Sequence record: SRR20825006_1584
Length of the DNA stretch: 64,000 nucleotides
Strand: one strand, 5' to 3'
Part shown: positions 59,015 through 64,000 of the stretch, piece after piece
How positions within the stretch are numbered: position 1 is the stretch's first letter
Layout: every line of letters begins with the position of its first letter
The notes under the pieces: generated by a model
The model's database searches: none
The model's input: the letters and a program-made list of their open reading frames with translations, nothing else
What the model was told of the DNA's origin: nothing
Made by a program: the position numbers and the translations under genes

Positions 59015-61816
59015 ATGCTCCCGCCCATGGAAGACCTTGTTGTTAGTGCGGAAGCGAAAAGCATCATCCTTGAGCAACTACCCGTAGCGGTGGTTGGGGT
59101 CAGGCATGTGCAATTTTTGACGGAGGACGGGGCTTTTGAGGTCACCGGCCTTGATGAGGGCGCGGAACGTATCAGCCGCGCGCCGCACCTGTTGGTCAAC
59201 CGGGTTATCGCTGCCCGGCGGCTGAGGCTTGGGCCTATCCGTGCGTTTGATGTGCTGGAGCTATACGCATTTGTCAGGCCCGCGCGTTACTGTTTGCCCA
59301 CGGTTCAGGGGTTACGGGACGCCTTGCAGCTTGATATGCCACTCGACTCAGACGAAGACCGTTGCCTTTGTATCCGTGAAGTTGCCCTTCGCCTGATTGC
59401 GGATATGGAAGCCCAAACCTACCGTTACCGCGCAGGCGGCTCAAAAGTTGCGATGATGATGGCGCGGGCCGGGTGGCCGTGGGGGCCGCATGTTTTGCGC
59501 GCGATTGAAACCTACGCCGACCATAGCCGGGAAGACGGCATGGCCGTTTGGTCTGCGCTCTCTGACTGGGAGGATGCTGGCCCACCACCTCCGGCAGGCG
59601 ATGAGGGGGTAGACGCGGAAGAGGCAAAAAGTCGTCTGGCTGAACTTTTGGGTGAAGGGTCTGAAAGCCGGGAAGGGCAGGTCAGATATTCAGCCGCCGC
59701 CGTGCATGCTTTTAAGCCCCGCGAGTTTGAAGAAGGGCCGAACCTCCAGCTTCTGGAGGCGGGCACAGGTACCGGTAAAACGCTTGGCTATATTGCGCCC
59801 GCAAGCCGCTGGGCTGAGAAGAACGACGGCGCTGTCTGGCTTTCAACTTACACCAAAAACCTGCAACGTCAGCTTGATCAGGAACTTTCAAAGCTTTACC
59901 CGGACCCGCGCATCAAAGCCAAACGTGCGGTTATTCGGAAGGGGCGGGAGAATTATGCCTGCCTGCTGAATATTGAAGAAACGCTGCGCGCAGTGATGAT
60001 GCGGGCGCAAGCGGGGCCTGGAAGCCCGCCCAGGGGGAATACGCTTGGCGGGGAGCGGGACAGGCTCCTGATAGGTCTCGTGCTCAGGTGGGCGCGCTAT
60101 ACCCGTGACGGTGATATGATCGGCGGTGATTTCCCCAGCTGGCTTGGTGGCCACTTTGGCGTGGGCCGTATCGCGGGGCTGACGGACCGGCGCGGCGAAT
60201 GCCTTTATTCGGCTTGTGCGCACTTCCGTAAATGTTTTGTCGAGAAAACGGCGCGTAAAGCCAAAAACGCAGACCTCGTGGTGGCAAACCACGCACTTGT
60301 TGTGGCGCAGGCCGCGACGCGCTTTGGCGACCCGGAGCTGCCCAAACGCATTGTGTTTGATGAAGGACACCATGTTTTTGAGGCGGCGGACAGCGCGTTT
60401 TCTGTCCGGCTTTCCGGGCTTGAAGGGGCGGAGCTCAGGCGTTGGCTCCGGGGCAAGGAGCAGGGCGGCAGCACGCGGGCACGCGGGCTCAAGTCGCGCG
60501 TTGAAGAGCTGGTTGTTGATGATATGGACGCCAAGCGTTTGCTTGAGGAAGTGCTTGAGGCTGCGACCATTCTGCCGTCTGACAACTGGCTTGGCCGGGT
60601 AACGGGTGCCGCCGCGATGACTCGGTTTGAAAGTTTTCTGATGCTGGTGCGGGCCCAAGTGATGGCACGGTCAGACGCACGCGGGCCCCACTCGCTTGAA
60701 GCAACAACAAATGACCCGATTGAAGGGCTGACAGATGCGGCGCACGCGCTGGCCGAAGCGCTCAAAAACCTCGCGCATCCGATGCAGGCGCTTTCGACCG
60801 CACTCCTGAGGCGGCTGGATGAAGACGCTGATGTGCTGGACACAAGCGCGCGAGGCAGGCTTGAGACCAGCGCGCGGTCCGTGAAGCAGCGCGCGGATAT
60901 GGTCACCACTTGGGCTGCGATGGCCGAGGGGTTCGGCGGGCCGCTGCCGGAAGAGTTTGTTGAATGGCTTGAGGTTGACCGCTTTGACGGGCGCGACCGG
61001 GATATGGCGCTTTGCCGCCACTTCGTCGACCCCACCAAACCCTTTGCGGATATCGTGCTTGATCAGGCCCACGGTGTGGTGATTACGTCTGCCACGCTCA
61101 GGGACAAAGCGGCCGAGGAAAACGACTGGACTTCTGCCGACATGCGCACCGGCGCGCAGCACCTGCTTATTCCGCCAAAGCGGCTTTCGGTGCCGTCGCC
61201 CTTTGATTATGCCACAAAAACAAAGGTGCTGATTGTGGGGGATGTGAACAAACACGACCCCGGGCAGGTCGCTGCTGCTTACCGTTCGCTTTTTCTCGCG
61301 TCCGGTGGTGGCGCGCTTGGGCTTTTTACCGCGATCAGTCGGCTTCGGGTAACCTATGAGCATATTGTCGGCCCGCTCGAGGATATGGATATCCCGCTTT
61401 ATGCCCAGCATGTGGACCCTGTGGACACGGCGACGCTTGTGGATATCTTCCGCGATGAAGCGCATGCCTGCCTTCTTGGTACCGATGCGGTCAGGGACGG
61501 GGTGGACGTGCCGGGGGAAAGCTTGCGGCTGATTGTTTTTGACCGGGTGCCGTGGCCGCGGCCCACGCTGCTGCACCGCGCCCGGCGTGCGGCTTTTGGT
61601 GGCAGGCATTATGATGAGATGCTGACCCGGCTCAAGCTCGCGCAAGCTTATGGCCGCCTTGTGCGCCGCGCGGATGATAAGGGCTTGTTCATCATGCTGG
61701 ATGGACAGACACCAACACGCCTTCTTGATGCGATGCCGCCGGGGGTTGAGGTGGCACGGGTTGGGCTCGCGGAAGCAGTGCAGACAGTGTGTGAGTTTTT
61801 TCCGCAAAACGCTTGA
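59015..61816 (+). CDS. DinG/YoaA-family ATP-dependent DNA helicase
   Basis: EAGTGTGKT, KGRENYAC, VANHAL, FDEGHH, TSATL and QAYGRLVR. Confidence 0.93.
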   Translation: MLPPMEDLVVSAEAKSIILEQLPVAVVGVRHVQFLTEDGAFEVTGLDEGAERISRAPHLLVNRVIAARRLRLGPIRAFDVLELYAFVRPARYCLPTVQGLRDALQLDMPLDSDEDRCLCIREVALRLIADMEAQTYRYRAGGSKVAMMMARAGWPWGPHVLRAIETYADHSREDGMAVWSALSDWEDAGPPPPAGDEGVDAEEAKSRLAELLGEGSESREGQVRYSAAAVHAFKPREFEEGPNLQLLEAGTGTGKTLGYIAPASRWAEKNDGAVWLSTYTKNLQRQLDQELSKLYPDPRIKAKRAVIRKGRENYACLLNIEETLRAVMMRAQAGPGSPPRGNTLGGERDRLLIGLVLRWARYTRDGDMIGGDFPSWLGGHFGVGRIAGLTDRRGECLYSACAHFRKCFVEKTARKAKNADLVVANHALVVAQAATRFGDPELPKRIVFDEGHHVFEAADSAFSVRLSGLEGAELRRWLRGKEQGGSTRARGLKSRVEELVVDDMDAKRLLEEVLEAATILPSDNWLGRVTGAAAMTRFESFLMLVRAQVMARSDARGPHSLEATTNDPIEGLTDAAHALAEALKNLAHPMQALSTALLRRLDEDADVLDTSARGRLETSARSVKQRADMVTTWAAMAEGFGGPLPEEFVEWLEVDRFDGRDRDMALCRHFVDPTKPFADIVLDQAHGVVITSATLRDKAAEENDWTSADMRTGAQHLLIPPKRLSVPSPFDYATKTKVLIVGDVNKHDPGQVAAAYRSLFLASGGGALGLFTAISRLRVTYEHIVGPLEDMDIPLYAQHVDPVDTATLVDIFRDEAHACLLGTDAVRDGVDVPGESLRLIVFDRVPWPRPTLLHRARRAAFGGRHYDEMLTRLKLAQAYGRLVRRADDKGLFIMLDGQTPTRLLDAMPPGVEVARVGLAEAVQTVCEFFPQNA

Positions 61817-61868
61817 GGGCATACCGCTTTAGCCCTAACGTATGGCCAGAGTTACGAGAGGAAAAACC

Positions 61869-62282
61869 ATGTCGACCATAAGCCCAGAAACCGCCCTGAT
61901 ATACACGCTTGTGACCGTTTCCGCCTCAGACGAGGAGATGACGGATACGGAGTTGAACCGCATGACGGGGATCGTTGGGTACCTGCCCGCGTTCCGCAAT
62001 TATAATGTTGAAAAGCTGCGCTCAGACACGAACAGCTGTATCGAACTGCTGCAAAGTGAAGAGGGGCTGGACGCTGTGATGGGCCTCGTGGAAGAAGCGA
62101 TCCCTGAAAGCCACAGTGATCTGGTGTACGCGCTTGCCTGTGAAGTGGCGGCATCGGACGGCAACCTGACCCAAGAAGAGTTGCTTCTTCTCGAGATGAT
62201 CCGTCATGCGCTGGATATTGACCGGCTGACAGCTGCTGCGATTGAACGTGGCGCGGCTGCGCGGCAGAAAACATTCAACTGA
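61869..62282 (+). CDS. TerB-family protein
   Basis: ASDEEMTDTE and AASDGNLTQEE metal-binding-type repeats; AAAIERG. Confidence 0.85.
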   Translation: MSTISPETALIYTLVTVSASDEEMTDTELNRMTGIVGYLPAFRNYNVEKLRSDTNSCIELLQSEEGLDAVMGLVEEAIPESHSDLVYALACEVAASDGNLTQEELLLLEMIRHALDIDRLTAAAIERGAAARQKTFN

Positions 62283-62309
62283 TTTCTGCGAGGGTGAGCT
62301 AAGAATTTC

Positions 62310-62332
62310 AGGGCGCTCTCGGCGCCCTTTTT
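62310..62332 (+). terminator. Intrinsic terminator
   Basis: AGGGCGC-TCTCG-GCGCCCT followed by TTTT. Confidence 0.7.
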
Positions 62333-62349
62333 CATTCAGGCTGTTCTAT

Positions 62350-63150
62350 TCAGGAATGTTGGCCGTCAAAAGGTTTGAGTGGGTAGGGTTCGATCTCATC
62401 CCATTCATCGATATCGTCAAAAGCGGAGGTTTCTATCACCGTGTTTTTGGCGGCTTTTTTATCACCACTTTCCAGCGGTTCCATCAATGCTGACAGGCGA
62501 TTGAGCATGATCTTTTCGGCGGCATCTCTTGGCCTGAGTGTGAGAACGATAGCGAGTTCCTTACGGGCAAGCGCACGCTCTTCCTTGTCGCCGCGCGCGA
62601 GGAAACGCACATATTCAAAGCGGGTGCCGATCGACTGGCCATCCAGCGCAATGGCGCGTTCAAAATACTCCTGTGCTTCTTTCCGGCTTGCACCAAGGGC
62701 AAGGCGTGCAAGGAAACCGGCGTTGCTGACAGCAGAATGCCAGCCGCCCATGGCTGCTACAATGAGGGGGTCGTCTGGCAGGCGCGTTACCAGCGCTTCC
62801 AACCGTTCCTTGGAGGCTTTGACGTATGATGCCTTGCGCAGCCGCTTTGCTTCATACCCGATGCCGATGGCATAACTGACAGCTGCAACCACATTGTCGG
62901 GGTCGAGCGCGAGCGCTTTCTCGCAGTCATCCAGCGCGCGGTGAAGGGATGTGACAGATTCTGAGCCATGCTGCTTGAAGCCCCCGATCACAAGGCCACT
63001 TCTACAGGCGAGGGCAAGGCCGTCTGCCGTATTGGTGGCGGCGCCGCGTTCGCGCGCCTCATCAAAAGACCCTTCAACAAAATCCAGCCAACCCGGGGTA
63101 TTGAAGGGTTGCCATCCGGCTAACATGCTCAGCACAAGAATTGTTTTCAT
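62350..63150 (-). CDS. TPR-like helical hypothetical protein, probably exported
   Basis: Hydrophobic N-terminus; EKALALDPDN and FERAIALD repeats. Confidence 0.7.
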   Translation of the reverse strand: MKTILVLSMLAGWQPFNTPGWLDFVEGSFDEARERGAATNTADGLALACRSGLVIGGFKQHGSESVTSLHRALDDCEKALALDPDNVVAAVSYAIGIGYEAKRLRKASYVKASKERLEALVTRLPDDPLIVAAMGGWHSAVSNAGFLARLALGASRKEAQEYFERAIALDGQSIGTRFEYVRFLARGDKEERALARKELAIVLTLRPRDAAEKIMLNRLSALMEPLESGDKKAAKNTVIETSAFDDIDEWDEIEPYPLKPFDGQHS

Positions 63151-63200
63151 AGGCCTCACTATAACAGGGTTAAAGTGAACGGCAGCCTAACGTGATTTTT

Positions 63201-64000
63201 TTACACACGCCAGAAGGACGGCGAAAAAAGTACCAGAACGGAAAAAAGCTCCAGCCTGCCGATCAGCATACCAAAGGATAACATCCACTTTGCGGCATCT
63301 GTAAGGCCACTGAAATTGCCCGCTGGGCCAACCTTGTCGCCAAGGCCAGGCCCGACATTTGCAATGGCCGTGCCTGCGCTTGATAGCGAGGTGATCCAGT
63401 CCTCGCCGGTGGCGGCGATACCAAATGCAAGAATCAGAAAAATGCCCAAAAACAGGGTCATGAAACTCATGACAGACGCACGAACATCATCGGGGATCGG
63501 TCGTCCGTTATAGCGTGCGATAAACACGCCGTTTGGCTGCAAGGTATGTTCGATCCAACAACGCATGGACTTAAGGAGCACCTGAAAGCGGAAAATTTTC
63601 ATGCCACAGCTGGTGGAACCGGCGCAGCCGCCAATGAACATCGCCACAAAAAATAACGAAGCAGAGAAGGCGCCCCACTGGCTATAGTCCGAGGACGCGA
63701 ATCCGGTACCCGTAAGCACTGAAATGATGTTGAAACTGCCGTACCGGAAGGCTTCTTCAAGCGTGAAATTCTTGAATACCATCAGCCAGATCGTGACCCC
63801 GACACAAAGGAAGGCAACCAAGAGCAGGAACCCGCGGGCTTGCTCATCTCGCCACAGGGCAAGCGGCCGGCCTCTTATCACCTGCAGGAACAGGATAAAA
63901 GGCAAGGAGCCGAGGACCATAAAAATCAGGCAGACTATATCGGTGGACAGGCTGTCAAACTTGCCGAACGAACTGTCCGAGTTTGAAAAGCCGCCTGTTG
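63201..64000 (-). CDS. trkH: TrkH potassium uptake permease (3' part; begins beyond window end)
   Basis: TGTGF, FIGGCAGSTSCGMK, NVGPGLG and MLIGRLE pore motifs. Confidence 0.95.
   Translation of the reverse strand, partial: TGGFSNSDSSFGKFDSLSTDIVCLIFMVLGSLPFILFLQVIRGRPLALWRDEQARGFLLLVAFLCVGVTIWLMVFKNFTLEEAFRYGSFNIISVLTGTGFASSDYSQWGAFSASLFFVAMFIGGCAGSTSCGMKIFRFQVLLKSMRCWIEHTLQPNGVFIARYNGRPIPDDVRASVMSFMTLFLGIFLILAFGIAATGEDWITSLSSAGTAIANVGPGLGDKVGPAGNFSGLTDAAKWMLSFGMLIGRLELFSVLVLFSPSFWRV

Noticed and set aside
1-64000. tRNA, rRNA, IS elements, integrases or prophage
   Set aside because: No cloverleaf or rRNA signatures and no transposase, recombinase or phage-like proteins recognised by eye; a tRNAscan or Rfam run would be needed to exclude small RNAs formally.

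Overview
Core-chromosome, origin-proximal region of a GC-rich alphaproteobacterium. A marine Kordiimonas-like lineage is an impression from gene content, not established. The window holds the probable oriC between the PPDK-regulatory gene and hemE (about 31.9-32.3 kb), with DnaA boxes, DnaA-trio-like repeats and an AT-rich unwinding element. It also holds five parS or parS-like palindromes around mnmE-mnmG-rsmG-parA-parB and about 64 CDSs, mostly housekeeping (leuS, ribA, cenR, xth, lolA, ftsK, dapB, dnaJ/K, dnaQ, coaE, aroE, maf, hemE/J, rho, gshB, rsmI, hemW, rdgB, rph, hrcA, grpE, class I lysS, DinG-family helicase, trkH). I found no rRNA, tRNA, CRISPR array, transposase or integrase. The most interesting accessory elements are: (1) a DUF3892-like gene whose AT-rich leader carries a LexA box, NrdR-box-like sites and a predicted antisense RNA with its own promoter and terminator; (2) a solo RHH plus restriction-fold-like protein whose promoter sits between perfect 19-bp inverted repeats; (3) an HNH-family protein lacking its catalytic His behind tandem NrdR boxes; (4) a TetR / beta-helix / diheme cytochrome c / TonB-receptor module between dnaJ and dapB; (5) a helically phased ~11-bp repeat array between rph and hrcA. 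All calls come from reading the sequence by eye; no searches were run.
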